Assembly (NCBI GenBank): GCA_963422645.2
Contig: CAXXVO010000017.1
Location: 160,001-224,000, forward strand
Length of the DNA stretch: 64,000 bases
Direction of reading: 5' to 3'
DNA from: Alphaproteobacteria bacterium
Lineage (GTDB): Bacteria > Pseudomonadota > Alphaproteobacteria > UBA828
The translations under genes were made by a program, and so were the position numbers. The notes below the pieces were generated by a model. It had not been told where the DNA came from, ran no database searches, and saw only the letters and a list, made by a program, of their open reading frames with translations. Shown piece after piece: positions 50,538 through 60,463 of the stretch; the first letter of the stretch is position 1, and the number at the start of each line of letters is the position of its first letter.

Positions 50538-51548
50538 GTGCCTACGCTCGATCATGATCGCATCCACAACGAAGCCATTGTGATCGACGCAGTCTGTCCG
50601 CTCATGCTGCGCCGCCAGTACATCGACTGGTGGATCGAGGGCGGCGCCACCGCGGCGGGCCCCACCGTCGGCGCCTTCGAGCGGGCCGGCCCCACGCTCA
50701 GGGCGCTGGGCGACTGGATCCGCGCCATCGATCAGGATCCGAGGCTCACCCTCATCAAGCGCGCTGCCGACTTCGCGGCGGCCAAGGCTCAGGGTCGGCT
50801 CGGCGTGCTGTTCCATTTCCAGGGGACCGAGCCGATCGAGGACGACGTCAACCTGATTGACGCGTACAAGGCGCTCGGCGTTGGGATGATCCAGCTCGCC
50901 TACAACATCAAGAACAGCGTGGGCGATGGCTGCGAGGAACGAACGGACGCCGGGCTCAGCAACTTTGGCCTCAAGGTGATCGAGCGCCTCAACGAGGCCC
51001 GCGTCGTCGTCGATTGCACACATACAGGCTACCGCACCACGATGGATGCGATCGAGGCGTCGTCGCGCCCCGTGGTCTTCTCGCACTCGAACGCAAAGGC
51101 GATCAAGGACTCGCCCCGCAACATCACCGACGATCAGATCAAGGCGGCTGCCGCAACCGGCGGCTTGATCGGCATGGTCGGCTTCCCGGCGTTCGTCAGC
51201 GCCTCGCCCAAGCCGACCCTCGATGAATTCATCGATCACATCGACTATGTCGTGAAGCTCGTCGGCGATGACCATGTCGGCCTCGGCATCGACTATTACT
51301 GGGGACAGGCGTCGATCGCCGACGACGAGGAGGCCACGCGGCTCTACGAGGAGCACGTCGCGGCCGGCACCTGGCGGCCCGAAGCCTATCCGCCGCCGCC
51401 CTATCACTACCCCGACGGCATCGACACGCCGCGCGGCCTGCGCAACCTGACCAGGCGTTTGTTGGAGCGCGGCTACGGCGAAGAGGCGACCAAGAAGATT
51501 CTCGGGGGTAACTGGGTCAGGGTCTTCAGGGAGGTGTGGGGCGAATAG
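50538..51548 (+). CDS. Membrane dipeptidase (M19) family protein, second paralog
   Basis: GLSNFG, VDCTH, FSHSN, RNITDDQI, HVGLGIDY; GTG start with GAGGGGAG RBS. Confidence 0.88.
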   Translation: MPTLDHDRIHNEAIVIDAVCPLMLRRQYIDWWIEGGATAAGPTVGAFERAGPTLRALGDWIRAIDQDPRLTLIKRAADFAAAKAQGRLGVLFHFQGTEPIEDDVNLIDAYKALGVGMIQLAYNIKNSVGDGCEERTDAGLSNFGLKVIERLNEARVVVDCTHTGYRTTMDAIEASSRPVVFSHSNAKAIKDSPRNITDDQIKAAAATGGLIGMVGFPAFVSASPKPTLDEFIDHIDYVVKLVGDDHVGLGIDYYWGQASIADDEEATRLYEEHVAAGTWRPEAYPPPPYHYPDGIDTPRGLRNLTRRLLERGYGEEATKKILGGNWVRVFREVWGE

Positions 51549-51592
51549 CGACACCCAGTCCAAGCGAACAACGAATAGGGGAGGCAGGACTC

Positions 51593-53194
51593 ATGGTGGA
51601 CAAGAAAACAGAGACTGGAAGAGCAGGAATCGACCGGCGCACGGTTCTCCAGACTGGCGCAGGCGCGCTGGTCGCAGGCGCCGGCGGAGGTCTGATCTCG
51701 TTGCGCGGCCCGCGACGGGCGCATGCATCGGAACCCAAGCGCGGGGGCGTGCTGCGCCTCTCTACTTCGGAGGAGCCGTTCGCACCCGCCTTCGACGTTC
51801 ATCGCATTATCTCGCTGCTGACGCTGCGAATCGGCTACCTGGCCTACAACGGCCTGGTGAACATCGACAGCAACCGCAATGTCGTGCCCGACCTGGCCGA
51901 GTCGTGGGAACAGCCCGACGCGCAGACTTACATCTTCAACCTGCGAACGGGCGTGAAGTTCCACGATGGCACCGACTTCACCGCCGATGACGTCAAGTTC
52001 ACGGTCGAGCGCATCCTCAATCCGGACACGGCGTCTCCCTACGTGGCGGACTTCCAGGAGATCGAGGCGGTGGATGTCCTGTCTTCGCATCAGGTGCGGA
52101 TGCGCATGAAGCGGCCGTTCTCACCTCAGCTCGCCAACTTCCGGCGTTCGATTTCCCCCATCATCTCGCCGACTGCGATCGAGAAGCACATGGCGACCGA
52201 CCCGCTCAAGGGCTCCATCGGCACGGGCCCGTTTAAGTTCGTTTCCTACACGCGCGGCGACAAGGTGGTGCTCGAGCGCAACGACGACTATTGGGGTGGG
52301 CCGGCTTACCTCGACGGGATCGAGGTTCATATCATCCCCGAGCAATCGACGGCGCTGGCGGCGCTGCAGACCGGCGGCCTCGACTACATGATGCAAACCA
52401 ATCCGGAATTCGCCGGCCAGATCAGATCGAACCCGGACCTCAAGCTGCTGACGACGCCCTCGCCGATCTGGGATTACGTCGCCTACAACGTCGAGCGCGA
52501 GCCCTTCACCGACAAGCGCGTGCGGCAGGCCTTCTCCATGGCCTTCGACCGCGAGGGCATCGCACACGGGATCTACAAGGGCCTCGCGGTGGCGGCCCAT
52601 CACGCGCTCTCGCCTGCCTTCGGGGCTTACCATCGCGAGAACGCCGACATCCCCTACCAGTACTACGATCCCGACCATGCCAGGACGCTGCTGGAGGAGG
52701 CCGGGTTCGACTTCGACCAGACCATCCGCTTCGACACCTTCACCGAACGCCCGTGGGGCCTTGTCGGCGAGGCCTGTGCCGCGCAGCTCACCGCCATCGG
52801 CATCAAGCTCGAGATCGTCAAGCCGGACTTCAACACCTTTGCCGCCTACTTCTACGGCACGAAGGACTACTGGATCGGCAATTCCTCCTGGACGGGAGGC
52901 GGGGTAGACCCCGACGCCTTGATGTACAAGCAGCTCGTGACCGACGAAATCTACAATGTCGGCAACTACTCGAACGCCGAGGTCGACGACCTCCTCCAGC
53001 GGGCCCGCAGCGAGATCGACATTCCGACGCGTGCCGATCTCTACAACCAGGCGAACCGCATCTGCATGGAGGAATGCCCGGTCGCGTTTCTCGTCTTCCC
53101 CAACCTTGTGGAGGGCATGCGCAAGGACGTGATCGGCTACCGGTTCCGCGACGAGTTTGCGGGACCGATGGACGAGTGCTGGCTGGATCGCTGA
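51593..53194 (+). CDS. Peptide/nickel ABC transporter substrate-binding protein (family 5), Tat signal
   Basis: DRRTVL twin-arginine; PDLAESW, LR.GVKFHDG..FTADDV, GTGPF. Confidence 0.92.
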   Translation: MVDKKTETGRAGIDRRTVLQTGAGALVAGAGGGLISLRGPRRAHASEPKRGGVLRLSTSEEPFAPAFDVHRIISLLTLRIGYLAYNGLVNIDSNRNVVPDLAESWEQPDAQTYIFNLRTGVKFHDGTDFTADDVKFTVERILNPDTASPYVADFQEIEAVDVLSSHQVRMRMKRPFSPQLANFRRSISPIISPTAIEKHMATDPLKGSIGTGPFKFVSYTRGDKVVLERNDDYWGGPAYLDGIEVHIIPEQSTALAALQTGGLDYMMQTNPEFAGQIRSNPDLKLLTTPSPIWDYVAYNVEREPFTDKRVRQAFSMAFDREGIAHGIYKGLAVAAHHALSPAFGAYHRENADIPYQYYDPDHARTLLEEAGFDFDQTIRFDTFTERPWGLVGEACAAQLTAIGIKLEIVKPDFNTFAAYFYGTKDYWIGNSSWTGGGVDPDALMYKQLVTDEIYNVGNYSNAEVDDLLQRARSEIDIPTRADLYNQANRICMEECPVAFLVFPNLVEGMRKDVIGYRFRDEFAGPMDECWLDR

Positions 53195-53243
53195 GCGCGC
53201 GGGGGAGGGGCGCTCGTTCTACCGTCGATGGCTGCCGGGTTTG

Positions 53244-54251
53244 ATGGTTCGTGTCCGACGCTCGGGAGCGCTTCGGAATCTGACCATTAGCCCGTTGCAC
53301 CTGCGGTTCCTGGTTACGAGGCTCGTCTGGACGATCTTCGTTCTCGTCGGGGCGAGCCTCGTCATCTTCTTCATCCTGCATGTGGTGCCGGGCGATCCGG
53401 CGCGGGCGATGCTTGGGCCTCTCGGCACGCCTGATGCGATCGAGACACTACGGCGCGATCTCGGCCTCGATCAGCCCCTGGTGCACCAGTACTACCTGTG
53501 GATCACACGGGCGCTGTCGGGCGACCTCGGCCGCTCGATCCTGCTCAGTCAGAGCGTCGCCAGCCTGATCGGCGAGCGCCTTCAGGTCACGCTCATCCTC
53601 AGCGGCTATGCCCTGGTCTTCGCCATCCTGATCGCGATCCCGGTGAGCATCATTTCGGCGACGCGGCGCAACACGCTCGCCGACTATGCCGGACGCTTCA
53701 TTGCGCTGGTCGGCCTGACGATGCCGGGCTTTTGGCTCGGCCTCATGCTGATATTGCTCTTCGGAGTCAATCTTCGCGTCCTGCCGGTCTTCGGCTACGT
53801 GGCGCCCGGCGAGGATTTCATCCAGCACCTGCGGCACATCGTGCTGCCGGCGATCGCGCTGGGCGCTGCCTACTCCGCGCTCATCATGGAGATGAACCGC
53901 TCGAGTCTGATCGAGATTCTTGAGCAGGACTACATCCGCACCGCACGGGCCGGCGGGCTGCGGGAACGTCGCGTGCTGATGAAATACGCGATGCGGAATG
54001 CGCTCATACCGACGATCACGGTGATCGGAATTCAGATCGGCTATCTCATGAGCGGCGCGCTGGTGGTCGAGGCGGTGTTCGCCATACCGGGTATGGGGCG
54101 GCTGCTAGTGAATGCGGTGCTCTCCCGCGACTACCCGTTGGTACAGGGCTGCATGCTGGTCACGGTGTTGATCTTCGTCGTCGCCAACCTCACCGTCGAT
54201 ATGCTTTACACCGTGATCGACCCACGCGTCCGGCTTGGCCGGCGTACCTGA
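53244..54251 (+). CDS. Peptide ABC transporter permease (DppB/OppB); start uncertain (53244 or 53295)
   Basis: PGDPA, GDLGRS, DYIRTARA.GL, RDYPLVQG. Confidence 0.9.
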   Translation: MVRVRRSGALRNLTISPLHLRFLVTRLVWTIFVLVGASLVIFFILHVVPGDPARAMLGPLGTPDAIETLRRDLGLDQPLVHQYYLWITRALSGDLGRSILLSQSVASLIGERLQVTLILSGYALVFAILIAIPVSIISATRRNTLADYAGRFIALVGLTMPGFWLGLMLILLFGVNLRVLPVFGYVAPGEDFIQHLRHIVLPAIALGAAYSALIMEMNRSSLIEILEQDYIRTARAGGLRERRVLMKYAMRNALIPTITVIGIQIGYLMSGALVVEAVFAIPGMGRLLVNAVLSRDYPLVQGCMLVTVLIFVVANLTVDMLYTVIDPRVRLGRRT

Positions 54252-55101
54252 AGAGATCGGGCGCATGCTTCACTCCCTCGCCCAGGAAATGCGCCAGAAT
54301 CCGCTTCTGGTGGCGTCGCTCATCGTGTTCGCCATCTACATCTTTGTCGGCGCCGCTGCGCCCGTCCTCGCGCCCTATGACCCGAACATCCAGAATTTGC
54401 GGGCTACGCTCGCGCCGCCCACCTCTCTTAATCTTCTGGGGGCCGACGAGTACGGGCGCGACCTGCTGAGCCGGCTCATCTACGGCACGCGCTCGTCGAT
54501 GATCGTCGGCGCCGCCGTGGTTGTGTGCTCGGCACTCATCGGCATGGTGCTTGGCATACTCTCGGGCTACCGGGGCGGCTTCCTCGACGACCTCATCATG
54601 CGCTCGTCCGACGTCATGATGGCGTTCCCCTTTCTGGTTCTCGCCCTCGGCCTCATCGCCGCGCTCGGTGCCGGGCTGGGCAGCACGATCATCGCGCTGA
54701 CGGCCGCCTTCGCCCCGATCTACGTGCGTATCGTGCGCGGCTGCGTTCTTCAGATCCGTCAGGAGGCCTATGTCGACGCCGCCCGGATTATGGGCGTAGG
54801 CGCGGCACGCATTGCGCTACGCCACGTCGTACCCAACGTGATGGGGCCGGTGCTGGTGCAGGGGGCGCTGACTTTTGCATTTGCGGTGCTGGCCGAGGCC
54901 AGTCTCAGCTTTGTCGGTCTCGGAATACCGCCGCCCGACGCTTCATTCGGCAACATCATCGCGGCGGGTCGCGACTACATCGCCCAGGCCTGGTGGATAT
55001 CCACCCTGGCTGGGGTTTCGATCGTCATTGTCGTGCTTGCGCTGCTCGTCATCGCCGACGGAATGCGCGACGCGATCGATCCCTACCAGCACAGGCTCTG
55101 A
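54235..55101 (+). CDS. Peptide ABC transporter permease (DppC/OppC)
   Basis: LGADEYGRD..SR, YVDAAR.MG, EASLSF.GLG.PPP. Confidence 0.9.
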   Translation: MAGVPEEIGRMLHSLAQEMRQNPLLVASLIVFAIYIFVGAAAPVLAPYDPNIQNLRATLAPPTSLNLLGADEYGRDLLSRLIYGTRSSMIVGAAVVVCSALIGMVLGILSGYRGGFLDDLIMRSSDVMMAFPFLVLALGLIAALGAGLGSTIIALTAAFAPIYVRIVRGCVLQIRQEAYVDAARIMGVGAARIALRHVVPNVMGPVLVQGALTFAFAVLAEASLSFVGLGIPPPDASFGNIIAAGRDYIAQAWWISTLAGVSIVIVVLALLVIADGMRDAIDPYQHRL

Positions 55102-55108
55102 GGCCGGT

Positions 55109-56001
55109 ATGACATTGCTGATGGTCCGCGGTCTTCGCACCCATATCCCGACGCGCCACGGGGTCTTGCGAGCGGTCGACGGAATCGACCTCAGCATCGA
55201 TGCGGGCGAGATCGTCGGCCTGGTCGGTGAGAGCGGCTGCGGCAAGACGATGGCCGCCTACTCCATTTTGGGGCTGGTGCCGCGCCCGGCGACTGTCGTG
55301 GACGGTCAGATCATGTTTCAGGGCGAAGACCTGCGCGGCAAGAGCCCGGAACAGCTGCGGCAATTGCGCGGTTCGGCCCTCTCGATGGTGTTCCAGGAGC
55401 CGCTGACGGCGCTCAATCCACTGTTCTCCGTTGGCACGCAGCTCCGCGATGTGCTGGTCCAGCATCAGCGGCTCTCGCCGCGTGCCGTGCGCGCGCGCAT
55501 CCACGAGCTGCTCGACCATGTCGGCATTCCCGAGCCCCGCCATGTGGCCAGGACCCATCCGTTCCAGCTCAGCGGCGGCATGCGGCAGCGCGTGCTGATC
55601 GCGATGGCTATCGCCTGCGGGCCGCGTCTCGTGATCGCCGACGAGCCAACGACAGCGCTCGACACGACGATCCAGGCGCAGATCCTCGATCTCCTGCGTC
55701 GGCTCGTGGAGGAAGATCACATCGCGCTGCTACTCATCACCCATGACCTCGGCGTCATCGCCGAGATGTGCCAGCGCGTCTACGTGATGTATGCCGGCGA
55801 GATCGTCGAGCACGCGCCGGTGCGCGACCTCTTCGCCTCCTCCCTTCACCCCTATTCCGACGCCCTCCTGCGCTGCACGCCGGCGCTGGCGGACCGGGAC
55901 CGGGAGCTCGAGAGCATCGAGGGAATCGTTCCCGACGCGATTGGGCCTGCAGACCATTGCGCGTTCGCCGATCGCTGCCCCCATGCCGCGTCGCGCCCGA
56001 G
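55109..56001 (+). pseudogene. Peptide ABC transporter ATPase (DppD), C-terminus cut by IS21
   Basis: [32 protein letters not shown] then IS21 end; no native stop, no dppF follows. Confidence 0.85.
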
Positions 56002-56203
56002 TGTCAATCGGCTTTCAATACTGACCCCCGATCGGCGTGCAAAATTGACCCCCCTGAGTGGCACGGCGGAGGTTGTCCCGGTAGCCAATAGGGGGGACCC
56101 GCGCGGCTTCGTGTGGCGCCCTGCGCTACGCGGAGCGAAGCCGCGTGGGGGGTCCCTGTTGGCCCACCGGGGCAACCGGGCCGCAAGGGAGGCCGGCGGC
56201 GGG

Positions 56204-56932
56204 TCAGGAGCGGTTCTTGAAGCGCCAGCTCTCGTTGCCGGTCTCGATGATCTCGCAATGATGGGTGAGGCGATCGAGCAGCGCTGTGGTCATCTTGGGG
56301 TCGCCGAAGACGGATGGCCATTCGCCGAAGGCGAGGTTTGTGGTGATGACGATCGAGGTGCGCTCGTAGAGCCGGCTCATCAGATGGAAGAGCAGCTGCC
56401 CACCGGCCTGGGCGAAGGGCAGGTAGCCGAGCTCGTCGAGGATGACGAAGTCGCGGCGGACGAGCTGGTCTGCAGTGCGGCCCTGGCGTCCGGCGCGAAG
56501 CTCGGCCTCGAGGAGGTTGACCAGGTCGACGACGTTGTAGCACCGGCCGCGCGCGCCCTTGCGGATGCAGGACCGCGCGATGGCGACGGCGAGATGGGTC
56601 TTGCCGGTACCGGTGCCGCCGACCAGCACGATGTTGCGTTTGCCCTCGAGGAAGCCGCCGCCGGCGAGCTCCTGGATCAGGGGCTCGTTGACCGGCGAGG
56701 CGGCGAAGTCGAAGTCGGCCAGCTCCTTGACCGTCGGCAGCTTGGCGGAGGCCATCTGGTACTTGATCGAGCGGGCCCTCTTGTCGGCGATCTCGACCTG
56801 CAGCAGCGTACCGATGATCTGTTGCACCGGATGGCGGCGCTTGAGCCCGTCGGCAAGGATGTCGTCGTAAGCGGCGCGCATACCTGCGAGCTTCAGCTGG
56901 GTCATCATCTCCAGCACATCATGACGCTCCAT
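56204..56932 (-). CDS. istB: IS21 helper ATPase
   Basis: Same translation as 34931-35659. Confidence 0.95.
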   Translation of the reverse strand: MERHDVLEMMTQLKLAGMRAAYDDILADGLKRRHPVQQIIGTLLQVEIADKRARSIKYQMASAKLPTVKELADFDFAASPVNEPLIQELAGGGFLEGKRNIVLVGGTGTGKTHLAVAIARSCIRKGARGRCYNVVDLVNLLEAELRAGRQGRTADQLVRRDFVILDELGYLPFAQAGGQLLFHLMSRLYERTSIVITTNLAFGEWPSVFGDPKMTTALLDRLTHHCEIIETGNESWRFKNRS

Positions 56933-58433
56933 GACCGGCCTCCCTCAGGCTGTCGTAGCGCTGACAGTCGGCTACCGGCTTGTGGCGAAGCTGCAGGCCC
57001 TCGGGCGTCGGGATGATTGCCGGCGGTGCCGGCTGGCGCTGCCGGGCGAGGATGTTGAGCACCACGTCGGCGCTGCAGGCACCGCAGTCGAGCGTCTCGG
57101 CACAGGCCGCCTCAACCGCCTCCAGTCCGTCCTCCAGCACCGCCGCGAGCACCTTGACGAACTGCCGGTCGCCGTCGTCGTGGCCCGCGAGCCGGGTTCG
57201 CAGGCGGCCGAGCGCGTTGGGCAACTGCCAGTCCTTGAAGGGCGCGCCATTGCGTAGCGCGCCGGGCTTCCGCGTCAGGATCGGCACGTAATGCCACGGA
57301 TCGTAGACGAACCGGCCGCGCCCGAAGCTGCGGGGGTGCTCGGCAACGGTCTCGCCGTCCTGGCGGATGACGATCCGATCGGCATAGGCCCGCACGTCCA
57401 CCGGCCGGCCGACGGCGCGGGCCGCGACGCTGTACTGGTTGTTGTCGAAGCGCACCAGACAGGTCTTCGAGACCGACACCTCGCTGGCATGGAAGCCGTC
57501 GAAGGGGCCGCGATACGCCATCAGGAAGGGCTGCTCCTCCTCGAACACCTGCCACACCGTCTTGCCCGGGATTGTCGGATGCGGATGCTTCTTGGCGTCC
57601 TCGATGCACCGATCCATCAGCCACTCGTTGATCTCGGCGTAGGAGCGGCCCCGCGGGATGGGCACGAACAGGCGGCCGCGAAGGTCACCCACCTGCTTCT
57701 CGACCTGCCCCTTCTCCCAGCCAGCCCCTGGCGTGCACGCCACAGGCTCCACCAGATGGTGCGAGCACAGCTCCTGGAAGCGGCGGTTGTAGTCCCGCTT
57801 CTTGCCCACGAAGATCGTGCTCACCGCCGTCTTCATGTTGTCGTAGATGCCCCGCCGGCAGACCCCGCCGAAGAAGCGGAAGGCACGCTCGTGCGCCTCG
57901 AAGACCATCTCCTGGCTCTCGCGGGGAAAGATCTGGACCAGATACATCCGGCTGTGGCACAGCCGCATGTGCGCCGCCTTCACCCTGGTCGTCGCGCCCG
58001 ACAGACGCGCGTACTCGTGGCTCCAGTCGAACTGGTAGGCCTCGCCGGGATCGAAGATCAGCGGCACATAGGCCTGCGCCGGCGACAACAGCCGCCACCG
58101 GCGCCGCCAGGCCCTGGCATAGCGGCGAACCGCGTCATAGCCGCCCTTGTAGCCCAGCGACACAAGGTCTTCATGAATCCGCAGAAGAGACAGCCGATCC
58201 TTGCGTGCCTTCTTCTCGTTGGCCTTCAGCTGGCGCTCAAGCTCCTCCACCCACAGCCCAAGCTTCGGCATCGGCTGGATCTTGCGCTCGTAGCTGTGCG
58301 AGGTCGCATCGCCCCGCACCACCTTGCGTATCGTGTTCTTGGAAACCCTCAAATCCCGGGCGAGCTTCTTGATCGGAACGCCCTTCACCAGATGATCCCG
58401 ACGGATCTTCGCGATCGTTTCCACAACCAGCAT
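56919..58433 (-). CDS. istA: IS21 transposase
   Basis: Same translation as 35646-37160. Confidence 0.95.
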   Translation of the reverse strand: MLVVETIAKIRRDHLVKGVPIKKLARDLRVSKNTIRKVVRGDATSHSYERKIQPMPKLGLWVEELERQLKANEKKARKDRLSLLRIHEDLVSLGYKGGYDAVRRYARAWRRRWRLLSPAQAYVPLIFDPGEAYQFDWSHEYARLSGATTRVKAAHMRLCHSRMYLVQIFPRESQEMVFEAHERAFRFFGGVCRRGIYDNMKTAVSTIFVGKKRDYNRRFQELCSHHLVEPVACTPGAGWEKGQVEKQVGDLRGRLFVPIPRGRSYAEINEWLMDRCIEDAKKHPHPTIPGKTVWQVFEEEQPFLMAYRGPFDGFHASEVSVSKTCLVRFDNNQYSVAARAVGRPVDVRAYADRIVIRQDGETVAEHPRSFGRGRFVYDPWHYVPILTRKPGALRNGAPFKDWQLPNALGRLRTRLAGHDDGDRQFVKVLAAVLEDGLEAVEAACAETLDCGACSADVVLNILARQRQPAPPAIIPTPEGLQLRHKPVADCQRYDSLREAGHGAS

Positions 58434-58552
58434 CTCCCCCACCACCCCGTCCGTCCAAACGACGAGGTGTGTTCATGGACACAAATCCAAGGGGGTCAAT
58501 TTTGGACGCCGATCACCCCCAATAGGGGGTCACTTTTCCACGCTTAACAACA

Positions 58553-58999
58553 ACCAAGCTGCAGGAGGGCGAATGGCACCTGCATGCGGTGCTGTTCCTG
58601 CTCTGCCTCGGCTTCGCTTACCTCAAGAACGCCCATGTGCGGATCAGCCTGGTGCACGAGCGCTTCAGCCCCACCACGCAGCGCTGGATCGAGTTCATCG
58701 GCTGCCTGGTCTTCGCCATTCCATACTGCGCCATCGTTTTCTATTTCGCGATCGACTTCGTGGAACGCTCCTGGGCCGTGGGCGAGGCCTCGGATTCCGC
58801 GACCGGCCTGCCCTATCGCTGGGCGATCAAGGCCTTCCTGCCGGCCGGAATGCTCCTCCTGGGCTTGGCTTCGATCGCTGTCCTGCTGCGCAAGTTCATC
58901 GAGTTGTTCGGCTCGCCCGAGCACCGTCGCGCCTTGAGCGACGAGGGCGCGGAAGAGCCGGAAGGGCCCGACCCGGTCGTCCCAGGTCGGGAACAGTAG
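58553..58999 (+). pseudogene. TRAP transporter small permease (DctQ), 5' truncated by IS21
   Basis: Frame open from IS end: TKLQEGEWHLHAVLFLL...AHVRI; first TM helix missing. Confidence 0.8.
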
Positions 59000-59002
59000 G
59001 GC

Positions 59003-60367
59003 ATGTTCTATATCGAGGACTACCTGCCGGCGTTCATGTTCGGAGCGCTGGCGATCCTGCTGTTCTCGGGCTTTCCCGTCGGCTTCGTCCTCGGCGGCGT
59101 GGCGCTGGCCTTCGGCTTTCTCGGTGCCGCACTCGACGTCTTCCATGTCATCCAATTTTTCAACCTGCCGCTCCGCATCTGGGGCATCGGCGACAATCTG
59201 GTGCTGGTGGCGATCCCCATGTTCATCTTCATGGGCACGATGCTGGAACGATCCGGCGTCGCCGCCGATCTGCTCTATTGCCTCCAGGTCCTGTTAAGGC
59301 GGACTCCGGGCGGGCTCGCGCTTGCGGTCACGGTGATGGGCACGATCCTCGCCGCGACCACCGGCATCATCGGTGCCTCGGTGGTGATGATCAGCCTGAT
59401 GGCGCTGCCGGTCATGCTGCAGCGCAAGTACAACATGGAGCTCGCCACCGGCACGATCGCCTCGTCGGGCACGCTCGGCATCCTGATTCCACCCAGCATC
59501 ATGCTGGTCATCATGGCCGACCTGCTGGGCCGCTCGGTCGGCACGCTCTTCGTCGCGGCGGTGTTCCCCGGCCTGATGCTGGCGGGCCTCTACTTCATCT
59601 ACATCTTCACGCTATGCCGCTTCAAACCGCACCTCGCGCCGCCGCTGCCCAAGGAGATTGGGCCGAAGAACAATCGCGAGCTCATCATCCTGATACTGCG
59701 GGGATTCATCCCGGCCGTCTTCCTCATCCTGCTGGTACTGGGCTCGATCGTGCTGGGCTGGGCGACCCCGACCGAAGCGGCGGGCGTCGGCGCCTTCGGT
59801 GCGGTGCTGCTGGCGCTCATCAACCGCAAGTTTTCGTGGAAGATGCTGCGCGACGTGGTCGAGCGCACGGCGCTCACCAACGGCATGCTCTTCTTCATCT
59901 TCGTTGGCGCGACGGCCTTCTCATACGTGTTCCGCTCGCTCGGCGGCGACCAGCTGATCGAGGATGTCGTCTATTCGGTCGGCGTTGGGCCCTGGGGAAT
60001 CCTGGTCGTCCTCATGTTGGTGACCTTCCTTCTCGGATTCTTCTTCGATTGGATCGAGATCACGCTGATCGTGCTGCCGGTGTTCGCGCCGATCTTGGCG
60101 GGCCTCGACTTCGGCGAGCACGTGCCCAAGCTCGAAGTGATTTACTGGTTCTCGATCCTAATGGCGGTGAATCTACAGACCTCGTTCCTGACACCGCCCT
60201 TCGGCTTCGCCCTCTTCTACATGAAGGGCGTCGCCCCGCCCGAAGTGCGCATTCAGCAGATCTACCGCGGCATCATCCCCTTTGTGATCCTGCAGCTGAT
60301 CGGGCTCGGGCTCGTGATCGCCTTCCCCGAGATCGCCATGTGGCTGCCCCGCACGGTGCTCGATTGA
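59003..60367 (+). CDS. TRAP transporter large permease (DctM)
   Basis: AIPMFIFMG, GTLGILIPPSI, TPTEAA, FLTPPFG. Confidence 0.93.
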   Translation: MFYIEDYLPAFMFGALAILLFSGFPVGFVLGGVALAFGFLGAALDVFHVIQFFNLPLRIWGIGDNLVLVAIPMFIFMGTMLERSGVAADLLYCLQVLLRRTPGGLALAVTVMGTILAATTGIIGASVVMISLMALPVMLQRKYNMELATGTIASSGTLGILIPPSIMLVIMADLLGRSVGTLFVAAVFPGLMLAGLYFIYIFTLCRFKPHLAPPLPKEIGPKNNRELIILILRGFIPAVFLILLVLGSIVLGWATPTEAAGVGAFGAVLLALINRKFSWKMLRDVVERTALTNGMLFFIFVGATAFSYVFRSLGGDQLIEDVVYSVGVGPWGILVVLMLVTFLLGFFFDWIEITLIVLPVFAPILAGLDFGEHVPKLEVIYWFSILMAVNLQTSFLTPPFGFALFYMKGVAPPEVRIQQIYRGIIPFVILQLIGLGLVIAFPEIAMWLPRTVLD

Positions 60368-60463
60368 GGCCAAGGCAAGCCCCGCCCAATACAGCGGACT
60401 GCGAATAACTCGCTGCATTCTTGAAGTACGTGAGGTTGACCGCGGCTCGACCGCCGCGCGCGA

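Larger units (their letters stand above)
56002..58552 (-). mobile_element. IS21-family element, copy 2 (2551 bp)
   Basis: Matches 34729-37279, same orientation; no TSD. Confidence 0.95.

Noticed and set aside
54875-57016. 713-aa ABC ATPase fusion ORF
   Set aside because: Read-through of truncated dppD into the antisense strand of istB.
34729-58552. Simple composite transposon insertion
   Set aside because: Outer flanks (putA and dctQ) are different genes and share no TSD.
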